64,000 bases of DNA. It comes from Octopus sinensis (Eukaryota). Positions 23,218 to 36,674 of the stretch are shown here, piece after piece; position 1 is the first letter of the stretch, and the number at the start of each line of letters is the position of its first letter. A program made the position numbers and the translations under genes. The notes below the pieces were generated by a model. That model was not told the origin of the DNA. It saw only the letters and a program-made list of their open reading frames with translations, and ran no database searches. The stretch is taken from the NCBI RefSeq assembly GCF_006345805.1, contig NC_042998.1:22816001-22880000 (forward strand), read 5' to 3'.

Positions 23218-23819
23218 AGAGTAATCTAAACCAGCCATATCTGGTCTAAATATTCTATCTGTTTTTATGTTCAATCTGTCCAGATCTGGCCTTTCACACA
23301 TATCCTACAACTTCAATATTATATTAATTACATCATCAAAATCTTGAAACTGCAAGATAACACCTGATTAATTCAAAACAACGTGAATAAACAAGAATTA
23401 CTTTTGACAAAGTAATCTGGATACTGAAAGGATTACTTCAGCAAGGGATCAGGAAAATGATATTATAACTGATGGAAAATAATCCTCTTTCGATTTCAAA
23501 TTAACTTTTGGTACAAGGCTCTTTATATAGTTTATTCCATGGTTAATGTAAGCATATCGGTGTGCTGTTTCTGATATGTATTTTGCTTTGACAGCTAATT
23601 TTCTAGTTGTTTTTTTTTTCTTTGTTTTCTTTTTCTTTTTGGCTGTCTTCTATGATAGAAGTATTATCTACTAATATGTTTTCGATCCAATCTGGTTTCA
23701 TGTTCTATGTTATAATGCGCCGTTATAGCTTCACGCTGTAAATGCATGGTCAACCAACAAGAAAGTGTGGTAATTATGTGTCCAATGTAACAGTTTGAGC
23801 TACGACACCTAGAACTTAC

Positions 23820-23918
23820 ATGTTTACAATGAAATTTATATACATACATATATATATTCATATGCATGGTGTGCGCATGTGTATATATACATATACATAT
23901 ATATATATATATTATATA

Positions 23919-23960
<42 letters not shown>

Positions 23961-24042
23961 ATATACATGTATATATATATACATATATATATAATATATA
24001 TATATACACATGTATATATATATATATACATGTGTATATATA

Positions 24043-24089
<47 letters not shown>

Positions 24090-24090
24090 C
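23820..24090. repeat. (TA)n complex microsatellite
   Basis: Direct inspection. Confidence 0.95.
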
Positions 24091-24927
24091 TGCAGGACAT
24101 GCGATCTGTATCAACTAACTTAGTTATCACCTAATGGAGTCTTTTTTTTTTTCTCTGTCTAGTCTTGTTTCGTGTTTTATATAGCAATGTGTTGTTATAG
24201 ATCCTTGCAGTAAATGCTTGGTTGACCAACAAGAACACATTGATGCAACAATTTTATCTAATACACTTACGCCCTTCATGTCCACATTGAAACCCATACA
24301 CACACACACATGTGTATATTTTATGTATACACATACACATATAGCCTACCTGGAACCACTTTCTTTAACATTCATTCCTCGTTTTCAATATCATCGCTTC
24401 CCATTTCATTTCCCACTGATCCACCCCTTTCTGTGCTTCCAAGAATCCCACCCTCTCCTATGGACTACATCTTAGGATTACCATTCCTCATCTTTAACAG
24501 CCTCTCATATCCGCTGTCACTTTCAACTCCCTCACATATCTGCCATCGACACATCCCCTCCTTTGTTCTCCACTCAGTACAGCCACCACTTTGTACCTCT
24601 GACCTCCATCTCTATCACTGTACATCTCTCTCTTTCTTTCCCACTCCATACACTGTATCTCGAAATTTTCTGATCGACCTACAGGTATGTAATACTGCTG
24701 CTCTCTACCCTTCATGTACTGTCACTTATCCCTTCCTGCTCTTTGACCATTTTTTTTATTCCTCTATACTGATATTTACCTCCACTCCAATGCATTATTC
24801 CCTACTTTACCCTTACCTCCATCTCAAACCATCCAATACTTTTTCTCTCACACTCAAATAAACTTACCCACCTAACCTTCCCAAACCTTGGTCCATATTC
24901 TCTCTTATTCTCACCATCTTTTACCAT

Positions 24928-25230
24928 TACTGGCACTCTGTCAGTTATTACAATGAGGGTTCCAGTTAATCCAGCCAATGGAACAACCCGCTTGCGAAAT
25001 TAACATGCAAGTGGCTGAGTATTTCACAGACACATATACTCTTAAAACTGTTCTTGGGAGATTCAGTGAGACAAAGAATATGACAAGGCTGGGCCTTTGA
25101 ATTATGGGTACAACTCATTTTTCCCTGCTGAATGGATTGGAGCAAGTGTCTTGCTCTAGGACACAACACACAGCCAAGAATTGAACTCATGACCTTATGA
25201 TCAGGAGCCAAACACCCTAACCACTAAACC
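24928..25230 (-). mobile_element. Family-D tRNA SINE
   Basis: Homology to 30375-30680. Confidence 0.75.
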
Positions 25231-25309
25231 ACATATCTTTACTCTTTTACTTTATGAGTATTGCTCTGATACCTTGCTATCAACATCATCTTGTTTTCAG
25301 CTGCTCATG

Positions 25310-25690
25310 CTCATCATCATCATCATTTAATGTCTGCTTTCCATGCTGGCATGGGTTGGACAGTTTGATTGAGGACTGGCAAGCCAGGAGGTTGCACCAG
25401 GCTTCAGTCTGTTCTGGCCAGGTTTCTACAGCTGGATGCCCTTCATAACACCAACCACTCCAAGAATGTAGTAGGTGCTTTTTACATGCCACCGACACAG
25501 GGGCCAGTCAAGTGCACTGGCATTGACCATGCTCAGATGGTGCTTTTTACAAACCACTGGCACAAGAGCCAGTCAGATGGCACTGGCATCGACCACACTC
25601 AGATGGTGTTTTTTACATGCTACCAGCATGGGAACCAGTCGCATGGCACTGGCAACAACCACGCTCGGATGGTGCTTTTTACATGCTTTT
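25310..25690 (-). mobile_element. RTE 3' tail with internal ~59-bp repeats
   Basis: (cat)n tttaatgtctgctttccatgc..ggatgcccttc. Confidence 0.8.
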
Positions 25691-26003
25691 ATTCTTTTAC
25701 TTGTTTCAGTTATTTGACTGCGACCGTGCTAGAGCACCACCTTAAAAGGTTTCCGTCAAAGAAATCAACCCCCCAGAACTTATTTTTTTAAGCCTAGTTC
25801 TTATTTATCAGACGCTTTTGCTGTACTGCTAAGTTACAGGGATGTAAAGACACCAACACCGTTTGTCAAGCAGTGAGGGGTGGACAAGCATAGGCACAAA
25901 GATACATACATGTAGATATACACACACACACACACATATATGTATATACATATATTTATGATGGGCTTCTTGCAGTTTCCATTTACCAAATCCACTCACA
26001 AGG
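25690..26003 (-). mobile_element. Family-B SINE variant, 5'-truncated
   Basis: Homology. Confidence 0.75.
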
Positions 26004-26339
26004 TATCTTTATTCATTTTTTTTCTTTTTTATTACACATTCCCTGCTTAATCCTAAATTAATCCTCAAAAATTAATTATGTACATGACAGAAAAAGGGTC
26101 AAAGATCCTTTCCAAACCACAAGCTCATAAGCCCCAGTTTCCTAAATTCCTTGGCATATACATCTCCTCACACCACTGGATGTGATCCCAGTTCATCGCA
26201 GGATTACTCACATTTGCCAGTTGAGTGAAGTGGGGAAATGTGAAATGAAGGGTTTTGCTCAAGAATACAATCCATCACCATGTCTGGGAGTTGAACCTAC
26301 AATCTTACACTTGTACGAGCCATACCCTAACCACTTAGC

Positions 26340-26872
26340 TGTGTGCCTCTGCAGTTACATACATATACATACGTGTGTGTATGTGTATATATACATAAAT
26401 ATGTATGTAAATGTGCATGTATATATGTACATAGGTATGTGTATGCATGTGTGTGCGTTTGTGTGTGTATGTACATAGATATGTGTATGTATGTGGTTGT
26501 GTGTGTGTGTCATCATCATTATCATCATCGTTTAACATCCGCTTAAATCATGATAATGATGATGATGACACACACACACACAACCACACACATACACATG
26601 AATGTACAAAGAAGTGTGTATGCATGTATGTGGTTCTTTGTGTGTGTGTGTGTGTGTGAATGTAGAAAGAAATGTGTATGTATGTGGTTCTTTATGTGTG
26701 TGTATGTGTGAATGTACAAAGAAATGTGTATGTGTGTGGTTCTTTGTGTGTGTGTGCATGTGTGCGTGTGTGAATGTACAAAGAAATGTGTATGTATGTG
26801 GTTGTGTGTGTGTATGTGTGTTTGAGCATCTGTGTGAATGAATGTACAAAGAAATGTGTATGTATGTGGTTC

Positions 26873-26909
<37 letters not shown>

Positions 26910-26910
26910 A
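26340..26910. repeat. (GT)n-based minisatellite with recurring aatgtacaaagaaatgtgtatg motif
   Basis: Direct inspection. Confidence 0.85.
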
Positions 26911-27719
26911 TTAGGTACAGCATGTTTATTTAGATTGTATGTCACATCGAAGAGAAGCGAAATAATTAAAAATTGAAGCTGAACATGAAAGATTTTATGG
27001 TTCTTAAACATTCAATTTCTTCCGAATACGTATGCGTGTGTGTGTATGAGAGCGTGCACATCTGTGCATAGGTGTGTGGGTGAGCATTCGAGCATGCGCA
27101 TGTACCTGCTTGTATGTGTGCATTTATATACATCCAATGTATTTAGATGTATGTAAATATTTGCATAAGATATTCATTTCTTTAAAATGATGGATCACTA
27201 TAAAATATTTGTCGAAAATAACAATTCTCACTCAATTGTCCAATTCCCAAGGAAATATATATCTATATGACAGGGAAGATTTATTTTACCTGTTTTTAAC
27301 TCACACCACTTTTCATCATATTTATTCGTACATATGTTTTTTATTAGTTATCACATTCTCGCTCATAAAACATTGTGAATTTCAGCTGTCAAGAACAGTG
27401 TAATGCCCTAACTCTTTCTAAGTCTCATATCTTAGATGGTTTATTATCTAATTGAGCTTCGTTTAAAAGGAAGAAGGAAAAAAGTATTAAAAAAAAAAAG
27501 AAATAACAGTTCTATATGATCATATATCTTTGCTCCAATTATTTTCGCCAGAAAATTTCTGGCGGCAATTTGTACAGACGTATGTATGTGTTGATTATTA
27601 CCAATATATTTTCACAGAACCGGGGGAGGGGTAGGGGTAGGTGGGTGGCATCAAAAATCTAATTAGAACTAACAAAAAGAAAAACTAATGTGTATCACAA
27701 AATCTCATAAAAGACATCT

Positions 27720-27795
27720 TATGGCTTGTTGTAACTAATCTCTCTCCCTCTCTCTCTTTCCCCCTCTCTCACTATCTACCTATCTATCTCACTAT

Positions 27796-27878
<83 letters not shown>

Positions 27879-27922
27879 CACACATATATATCTCTACATA
27901 CATATCATATATATATATACAC

Positions 27923-27955
<33 letters not shown>

Positions 27956-27983
27956 CATACATATATATATATATACACACATG

Positions 27984-28016
<33 letters not shown>

Positions 28017-28038
28017 GTATATATACATATATGTATAT

Positions 28039-28098
<60 letters not shown>

Positions 28099-28290
28099 GT
28101 ATATGTATATATATAAATATATGTGTATATAGATATAGATATAGATATGTATATATGTGTGTGTGTATGTATGTATGTATATTCATCATCTTCGTTCGTT
28201 TTCATATATAAATATATGTATATAATGTGTGTGTATATATATATATATAAGTGTGTGTGTGTATGTGTGTGTGTATGTGTGTGTGTGTTC
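27720..28290. repeat. (TC)/(TATC)/(TA)/(GT) microsatellite field
   Basis: Direct inspection. Confidence 0.95.
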
Positions 28291-28519
28291 ACAGTCATAA
28301 TCTGTTTCATTCGTTCATGTTTTACTTTCTTTGACAGAAAAATAATAGAAAATATCAAAAAACACAACAAAATATAAAAAAAAACAATAAAAATCAAGGA
28401 AAGCGCTTAACTTCTAATTGCATTTTCTTTTAGTAAGTGCAAAGAACTGAATATTTATGTTTCAATAAGTTCCTTTATGTTGAAAGCACAACCACACAGA
28501 TTTTCTTCCCAATTTCATT

Positions 28520-28527
28520 ATTATTAC

Positions 28528-28558
<31 letters not shown>

Positions 28559-28619
28559 GGTCATATTAGTATTATTGCTGTTCTTGTCATCATTATGATT
28601 ATTGTTTTATCATCATCAC

Positions 28620-28670
<51 letters not shown>

Positions 28671-28790
28671 CATTATTATTTATTATTATTATCATTATCA
28701 TTATTATCCATCATTATTATCATTATTATTATTATTATTATCATTATTATTATTATCATTATTATTATTATCATTATTATATTATTATTA

Positions 28791-28824
<34 letters not shown>

Positions 28825-28829
28825 CATTA

Positions 28830-28871
<42 letters not shown>

Positions 28872-28990
28872 TTATTATTATCATTATTATTATTATTATC
28901 ATTATTATCATTATTATTATTATTATTCATTATTATCATTATTATTCATTATTATTATTATTCTTATTATCTTATTATTATTATTATATT

Positions 28991-29040
<50 letters not shown>

Positions 29041-29077
29041 CATATTATTATTCATTATTATCATTATATTATTATTA

Positions 29078-29109
<32 letters not shown>

Positions 29110-29185
29110 CATCATTATTATTATTATTATTATTATATTATTATTATTATTATTATTATCATTATTATCATTATTATTATTATTA

Positions 29186-29238
<53 letters not shown>

Positions 29239-29240
29239 CT
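28520..29240. repeat. ~720-bp (TTA/TCA)n trinucleotide array
   Basis: Direct inspection. Confidence 0.95.
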
Positions 29241-29519
29241 TAGTTACAGGATACAGCAAAGAATTAATATGGGAAGGGAAACAGGATTTGATTTTTCAGA
29301 TAATATTTGACCGAATGCCACGTCAAGAACTCAGGAACTTATCGCTATATTACATGTCCAATGCTGTGATCTTTTTGGTGGGTTTTTTTTTTATGGTTTA
29401 TTAAGTTTCTAATTTGATTAGGATAAAAATGATAAATGTACTTTTCTAATAATCACTTTGGGATCAATAAGCTATAAACTTAACTTTTGGATTCGGTTAT
29501 ATTAAAGCGGTTGAAAAAT

Positions 29520-30344
29520 AAATCGCTTCGTGGACAGAAGTGTGTGTGTGTGTGTGTGTCTTTTTATATATATGTGTATGTGTGTGTATGTCTGTGTGTG
29601 TATGTCTGTGTGTGTGTGTGTTTCTGTATGTGCGTATGTGTTTCTCTGTGTGTGTGTGCATGTGTGTGCATGTGTGTGTATGTGTGTGTATCTTTCTGTG
29701 TGTAGGTGTTTCTCTGTGTGTGTGTGTGTATGTGTGTGCATGTGTGTATGTGTGTGTTTCTGTATGTGCATATGTGTTTCTCTGTGTGTGTCTGTGCATG
29801 TGTGTGCATGTGTGTATATGTGTGTATGTGTGTGTATCTTTCTGTGTGTAGGTGTTTCTCTTTGTGTGTGTGTGTGTGTATGTGTGTGTATCTTTCTGTG
29901 TGTAGGTTGTTTCTCGTCTTCTGTGTGTGTGTGGTGTAGTGTGTGTGCAATTTGTGGTATGTGTGGGTGTGTTTTCTGTATGTGCATATGTGTTTCTCTG
30001 TGTGTGTCTGTGCATGTGTGTGCATGTGTGTATATGTGTGTATGTGTGTGTATCTTTCTGTGTGTAGGTGTTTCTCTGTGTGTGTGTGTATGTGTGTATA
30101 TGTGTGTATGTGTGTGTATCTTTCTGTGTGTAGGTGTTTCTCTGTGTGTATGTGTATTTCTTTGTGTGTGTGTGTGTTTCTCTGTGTGTGCATGTGTGTT
30201 TCTCTGTGTGTGTGTGTGTAAGTGTTTTTGTGTGTGTGTGTGTTTCTCTGCGTGTGTGTGTGTGTATGTGTTTCTCTGTGTATGTATATGTGCATGTAGG
30301 GGGGAATATATGTGTTTCTCTGTGTATGTATATGTGTATATGTA

Positions 30345-30375
<31 letters not shown>
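29520..30375. repeat. (GT)n-derived cryptic minisatellite with higher-order repeats
   Basis: Recurring tatctttctgtgtgtaggtgtttctc. Confidence 0.9.
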
Positions 30376-30380
<5 letters not shown>

Positions 30381-30680
30381 AGTATTCAGCTCACAATTGT
30401 AAAGTTGCGAGTTTGATTCCAGGCAACACATTGTGTCCTTAAACAAGACCCTTTATTCCTCATTCCTGCAGTACACTCAGCTGGCGAAAATGAGTTGTAC
30501 CCGTAATTCAAAGGATCAGCTTTGTCATGTTCTGAGTAACTCTGAATCTCCCTCAGAACTTCATTAAAGGTACATGTGTGTCTGTGGAATACTCAGCCAC
30601 TTGCATGTTAATTTCACAAGCAGGCTGTTCCATTGATCGGATCAACTGAAATACTTGTTGTCATGGGCAACGGAATACCA
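30375..30680 (+). mobile_element. Family-D tRNA SINE
   Basis: B-box gagtttgattcc; cattgtgtccttaaacaagac body. Confidence 0.75.
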
Positions 30681-30711
30681 GTTGCTGGCTGAATCATTTT
30701 TATATTAAACA

Positions 30712-31020
30712 AAATGCTTTGCGGTATTTCGTCTACCGCTACGTTCTGAGTTCAAATTCCACTGAGGTCAACTTTGCCTTTCATCCTTTCGGGGTCGATT
30801 AAATAAGTACCAGTTACACACTGGGGTCAATATAATCGACTTAATCCATTTGTCTGTCCTTGTTTGTCCCTTCAGTGTTTAGCCCCTTGTGGGTAGTAAA
30901 GAAATAGGTATTTCATCCACCTTTACACTCTGAGTTAAAATTCCACCAAGGTCGACTTTGCTTTCATCTTTCAGGTGGGGTCAATAAAATAAACACCAGT
31001 TAAACACTGGGGTTGATGTA
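30712..31020 (+). mobile_element. Family-A SINE tandem (unit plus partial unit)
   Basis: Junction gaaata|ggtatttc at 30906. Confidence 0.85.
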
Positions 31021-31073
31021 CCGTATTTTGATGTGTATAAGGAACCTTTTTTTGTCAAAAATTAGGTTAAAAA

Positions 31074-31535
31074 AATGGAGACTACCTCCCCCTGTGGGAT
31101 GAAGTTAAAATAATAGACAGAGAACACCAATGGAAAATACGGAAACTAAAAGAAGCAGCACATATGCTAGGACACAACAACCTCCTAAGCAGACCGAGTG
31201 CAGATATGAACAGCATATGGGAACCAGTATTAAGGAAGGATAGGAGAATATTAGATTTATAAGCCCTAAAATTCACTCCATAATATTTTGAGGGGAATAC
31301 GGCGTAGTGGTTAACAGTGTGGGCTACTAACACCAAGATTCCAAGTTCAATTCCAGGCAGTGATCTGATTAATAATAATAATAATAATTAATAATAATAA
31401 TAATAATAATAACAAACATCGAAAAATACCTTAGGAATGAGAAATTTCCCCAAGACACCTGATGAAAGCTGGAGAGTATATCAGCCGAAATGTTGTGTTA
31501 ACAACAAACAAGATGAGGACAAATGTAAAAATACA
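31074..31535 (+). mobile_element. Penelope-like element 3' end: GIY-YIG C-terminus, tRNA-like segment, (AAT)n, hammerhead
   Basis: 31074-31262 encodes WDEVKIIDREHQWKIRKLKEAAHM..NLLSRPS..NSIWEPVL, which resembles the PLE endonuclease C-terminus. A hammerhead motif lies at 31454-31499. Confidence 0.75.
31454..31499 (+). ncRNA. Minimal type-I hammerhead motif (two substitutions)
   Basis: acac-CTGATGA-A-agctg...cagcc-GAAA-TGT-T-gtgt. Confidence 0.65.
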
Positions 31536-32035
31536 CCAGTTATGCACTGGGGTGGATGTAATCAACTAGTCTCCTCTGCCCAATTTTCAGACCTTCAGTA
31601 GAAAATGTCGTCATCGTTGTTGTTGTTGTTGTTGTTGTTTGGAAAGAAGTTTACTTCCTAACATCATGGTTCTGGGTTCAGTCCTACTGCATGACATATT
31701 GGATGTCTTCTACTGTAGCTTCAGGCTTACCAAAGTGATGTGTAAAAAGCACTGGTGATGGTGCTACAAAAAAAACACCCAGTGCACTCAGTAAAGTGAT
31801 TAGCATCAGAAAGGGCATCCAACAATAGAAACCATGCCAAAACAGACAATGGAACCTGGTGCAGTTTCCAGTCTTACCAGCACTAGCAAAGCTAGGGGTG
31901 GACTCTCTAGGCGAAACTCTCAAAGGGACACCACTTTTGGATCTGCTGTAGGCAATATATGTTTTTCGTAGGGCCAAGGGGTAGTAAACGGAAGGGCTGC
32001 CACGGGCAGTGCACACACTAGCTATGCTGGTGCTA

Positions 32036-32309
32036 TGCATTGGGGTCGATGTAATCGACTTAATTCGTTTGTCTGTCCTTGTTTGTCCCCTCTGTGTTTA
32101 GCCCCTTGTGGGTAGTAAAGAAATAGGTATTTCGTCCGTCTTTATGTTCTGAGTTCAAATTCCTCCAAGGTCGACTTTGCCTTTCATCCTTTCGGGGTCG
32201 ATTAAGTAAGTACCAGTTATGCACTGGGGTCGATGTAATCGACTTAATCCGTTTGTCTGTTCTTGTTTGTCCCCTCTATGTTTAGCCCCTTGTGGGTAAT
32301 AAAGAAACA
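32036..32309 (+). mobile_element. Family-A SINE tandem with 13-bp TSD, nested in an RTE tail (31735-32395)
   Basis: TSD tatgctggtgcta at 32023-32035 and 32310-32322. Confidence 0.88.
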
Positions 32310-33049
32310 TATGCTGGTGCTAGCCAGCTCCTTGTCAAGATAGCTAACCCATGCTGGCATTGAAACTGGACGTTAAAGGATGATGATAATGATGATGTAT
32401 CATCACACACACACACATTCATTTACCATACACGCATGTATGTATGTGTGTGTGTGTAGAAGCTTTTCATTTTCCTGCAGAAACTTTTAAAACTTAGACT
32501 TTTATAATGATTCATTGCATTAACTTTAATGAGAAATCTCGCTCAAATCTTTGTAAATTGTTTATGGAAATACACAACTTGTATTGACAGTTATCTGTTT
32601 CCTAAGGTTAAAAAAGGCTAAACAGTTCTGGCATTGGTGGTGGTGGTGCTGATGGTGGTGTTAGAGATATGCTGCTGCTACTACTACTGCTGGTGATGGT
32701 AGTGTGTCATTTATTTTCATTTTTGTTTTTCTTGGTTAACCATTCACTGCTTGACATAGCATGATCTAAATAATCTATTTACCAGCTTCCTCTTCCTCTT
32801 TCTCTCACCCTTTCTCTCTAACTTTCACTCTTTCTTTCTAACTCTCACTCTTTCTCTCCTTCGCTCATCCAACAAAACTGCCAATACTGTGATTAACTCC
32901 AAAACACTATTTCACATCATCTCCAAATTCATTATTAGAACCGTTGTCATCATCATCATCACCTTTCACTTCTACATTAAGCAACCTGTTTACCACCACT
33001 TCCCCTACCTTTCTCACTCATAAACACATATGGATGGGTAGATGGACAG

Positions 33050-33255
33050 ATGGACATATGTTTATGTTGGATCGTTAGCCCCTACACGCAATTTTTTTCT
33101 CTCCTTGTTTCTCTCCTTGTTTCTTTTCTGTGTATCTTTCTGTCGAAGAGCGTAGGCTCGAAACGTAAAAGACTTGTTTTATTTCTATTCCTGAGTGCCA
33201 TACTAATACATTGTTTGTTTGTACTCCACCTGCCTTCGTCTTTTGTTTATTTTCG

Positions 33256-33260
<5 letters not shown>
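33050..33260 (+). mobile_element. Penelope-like terminal repeat with CUGUCGA hammerhead (33135-33172)
   Basis: tcttt-CTGTCGA-A-gagc-gtag-gctc-GAAA-CGT-A-aaaga. Same family as 15880-16010 and 45050-45200. Confidence 0.65.
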
Positions 33261-33305
<45 letters not shown>

Positions 33306-33309
33306 TATA

Positions 33310-33523
33310 TATATTATTATATAAAATCCGTTCTGTCTGTCTGTGTGTGTGTCTTCTAGGATCTTGGGCATCCTCCATCCGATTGCGCTCAAATTTGATA
33401 TGTAGATACCGACGGGGTTTTTTGTCAGGGCATGTATAAAGTCTGGAAAAAATACAAAAATCAATTCCAGGTGAGAATGCGATCAATAAAGCCGTTTTTA
33501 TCTGCCTTTTATCCGTCAACTAG
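33310..33523 (+). mobile_element. Probable non-autonomous Helitron
   Basis: tatataaaatcc-(tgtc)n 5' end and CTAG|T 3' end at 33520-23. Hairpin degenerate. Confidence 0.5.
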
Positions 33524-34050
33524 TACATAACTGCACCTTCCATTTTTTGTTCTGTTGTACTGCTTAAAGGCACGTTTCTTCCTGCTAAGCTTACGTGTTA
33601 AACCATGTTTGTGTTTCCCCAGTCAACAGCCTTATCATTACTGGTACTTTAAAACTCTTCGGTTGCATATTTGTGTGAATAAAATCGTTTTCTTTGGAAT
33701 AGAAAAAAAAGTCTATCTTTATTTCTTCTCTTGCTGGTGTCTCAAATTTAGGTTAAATCAGTGTTTCTCAAAGGGGAGGCTTATGGGACGGTTGGACAAG
33801 TTGTTTTGAGAAAATTTGGTTTAAATGTTTGACAACTCAACACCGTCCATTGGACGGGAGGCGTTTTGCTCATATATATATATATATATATACTAGACTA
33901 CCCATGACTTGCTGGGTCAACAGGAAACTCTGAGTTTCCCAGCAATGGAATTTTGGTTCATGGATTTTTTTTCTTTTCAAGGTTATTTCACATGCTTTCA
34001 GCGAATGTGATATCAAAGTCATGTGTAAATGGCTCCTTTCCCCCAAAAGG

Positions 34051-34168
34051 AAAGATTTGGCTGTTATTTCTTGCACGCCCTGCTACCACGTAACAGGTAT
34101 TCAGGTCCTTTTACGCAAATAGTTGTTACGTGGTAGCAAGGCATGCAAGAAATAGCAGCCAAATCTTT
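34051..34168. repeat. 45-bp inverted repeat (42/45 identical), 28-nt spacer
   Basis: Arms 34051-34095 and 34124-34168. Confidence 0.9.
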
Positions 34169-34449
34169 GGAGGTGAGACACGTTGAATACACTTGCAAAA
34201 AATCTGTGGAAGAAAGCTATTTTACACCGAAGTTATGAACAGGTCTTTTGTGAAATATTTACCATATTTTTAAAGTCATTTTCACTTTAAAATATTTTTT
34301 AAATGTGCAAAAAAATTTTTGTAATGGTATTTGCTTGAAAATAATTTAAAAAGAACATTTAAATAATGTCTGTTCAAAGAAAGCTAAAATATAGATACTT
34401 ACTGTACAAACAACTTACATTTTTGAAATCACAATCACTTAAAAATATT

Positions 34450-34519
34450 ACTTGCCTATTGGTTTCACACTGAATATTAGGTAATCCGACAATTATCTAA
34501 TACTTGTGTTCATCAGAGT
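34450..34519 (-). ncRNA. Degenerate type-I hammerhead motif
   Basis: act-CTGATGA-acac...gtgt-GAAA-CC-aata-GG-C-A-agt (U16.1 replaced by C). Confidence 0.5.
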
Positions 34520-36279
34520 TAGCCAGCATGGGAAAAATGAGATTGTTAGAGTTATGAAAAAGAACTTGTTTGCTATATAAATGTAGCATCCTCATGTAGA
34601 GTGTATGTGTATGTGTGTGTGTGCATGTGTGTGTGTGTATCCCAAATAAATTTCAGTCAAATTGTTATATTATTATGATAAAATATTCATGTACTTTTGT
34701 TTAGAAAGTCATGTATCAATCTGCTAACATGCCCAGAGCTCAAAATTACCAAAAAAAAAAATGTCCTTGATTTTTCTCAGAGAATGGTTTGTTGGTTAAT
34801 CAATATGTTAAAGACACTCCTGACTATATCTGCTACTAAATTCCTAATTATAGCTGTAGGTGTTTGGGAACTTGTCGTGTGTGTGTGTGCGTGTGTGTGT
34901 GTGTGCGCGTATGTGTATGTACATATATATATATATATATACACACACATATATGTCATCTATACTAGTTGCATACAAGCTCAAAGCTTACTAATTTTCC
35001 ACACTTAGATCCCTGAATTGTAATTACCTATAACTATATATCATCATCATCATCATCATCATCATCGTTTAACGTCCGCTTTCCATGCTAGCATGGTTGG
35101 ATGATTTGACTGAGGTCTGGCAAACCAGATGGCTACACCAGACTCTGCCAGATCAGATTGGAGCCTTGTGCATATTGGAGCTTGGTGATGATGATGATGA
35201 TGATATATATATATATATATAAATACACACACACAAACACAGATGTAGTTAAATAGATAAATAGTTACATACTTATAAGTATATATATATACGCGTGTGT
35301 ATAAATATATATACGCACACAAACATACACACACATATATTTGTTTTGTTTGGTCTCTTATACTAGTTTTTCTGACCTAATATAATATCTGGTGTAAAAT
35401 TTAAGAAGTTTGCTTAAGCTAATGAAAATGGTAATATTTAAGCCAGTTCCTTTAAGCCCAGTTCCTTTAAGCCCAGTTCCTTTCAGTCTCATCCAGAATC
35501 TAACCATGGTTGGTCATTTTTGTTGTGTGAGACTAAGCTGTCGTCTATGCCCAAAACCAATGTTTAACTGCAGCTTATGCTTCTCTGAGAAGACGTGTAT
35601 TCTGAAACAACCAGCAATACTTCTCGACAAGAAATACACAGTGATCTCTGGTGACCAACTTAGAATAGCAGTTTTCTTGTTTAGCTGACTCACTTAGAAA
35701 ATAACATCAGAGAATATTATGGAGTTAATCCCTTGGTGAACACAAAAGATAGTCTTGACAGTATTGTTTCTCCTTCATTCTGGTAGAGAGTTATACTCCA
35801 ATAGCACCCTTTTTATCACAATGGTTCATCCAATGAGAACCAAGCTTATTAATTACCAGTAATGATCCATCCCTCAAATCAAAGGCAGCTACGTCTCTAT
35901 TCATAATATACATTTGATCAATTAATTAATCACATGCCTTTATGCCAATGACACTTTAAGTAATGAGTATATATGTCACAAACAACCGTCTACAAATTTC
36001 TCTCTCTCTCCCTCCCCCACTGCTCTCTCTCTCTCTCTCCTTCCTTGTTTTTTCTCATGATTTCCCATGTACCAGTATCCTCATTCTGAAATAGAACAGA
36101 CCATGTGCTCAGAGCCCGAAGATTGTTTGGAGGCACAACACAAGTTATAAAAACCTGCCTAGACATATGTCTTCACGGCAAGAAACTATTAGTAACTCTT
36201 ACCTTTATACTGTGTACATTAAAAGATATTTATCTCTCATTGAACATTGATCTTACCTTAACAGAACATAAGTAAACTA

Positions 36280-36280
36280 A

Positions 36281-36319
<39 letters not shown>

Positions 36320-36320
36320 T

Positions 36321-36393
<73 letters not shown>

Positions 36394-36436
36394 CAAACAC
36401 AATAGATAGATAGAATATAGATAGATAGACAAACAC

Positions 36437-36480
<44 letters not shown>

Positions 36481-36613
36481 GATAGATAATGATAGATAGA
36501 TAGATAGATAGATAGACACAACACAGATAGATAGATAGATAGATAGATGAGATAGATAGATAGATAGATAGATAGTAGATAGACAAACAAGACCGATAGA
36601 TAGAGAGACAGAC

Positions 36614-36674
<61 letters not shown>

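Noticed and set aside
24320-24890. 183-aa ORF in a pyrimidine-rich stretch
   Set aside because: No recognisable domain; probably a decayed unclassified repeat
27622-27645. G-quadruplex motif G5-A-G4-TA-G4-TAGGT-G3
   Set aside because: A real pattern, but no evidence of function; a single such motif is expected by chance
28595-30446. Long poly-I/L/Y and (CV)n/(HT)n ORFs
   Set aside because: Microsatellite translation artefacts
31292-31367. Genuine tRNA gene (also the SINE heads of families A, B, D and E)
   Set aside because: Acceptor and anticodon stems pair poorly; these are tRNA-derived heads within repeats
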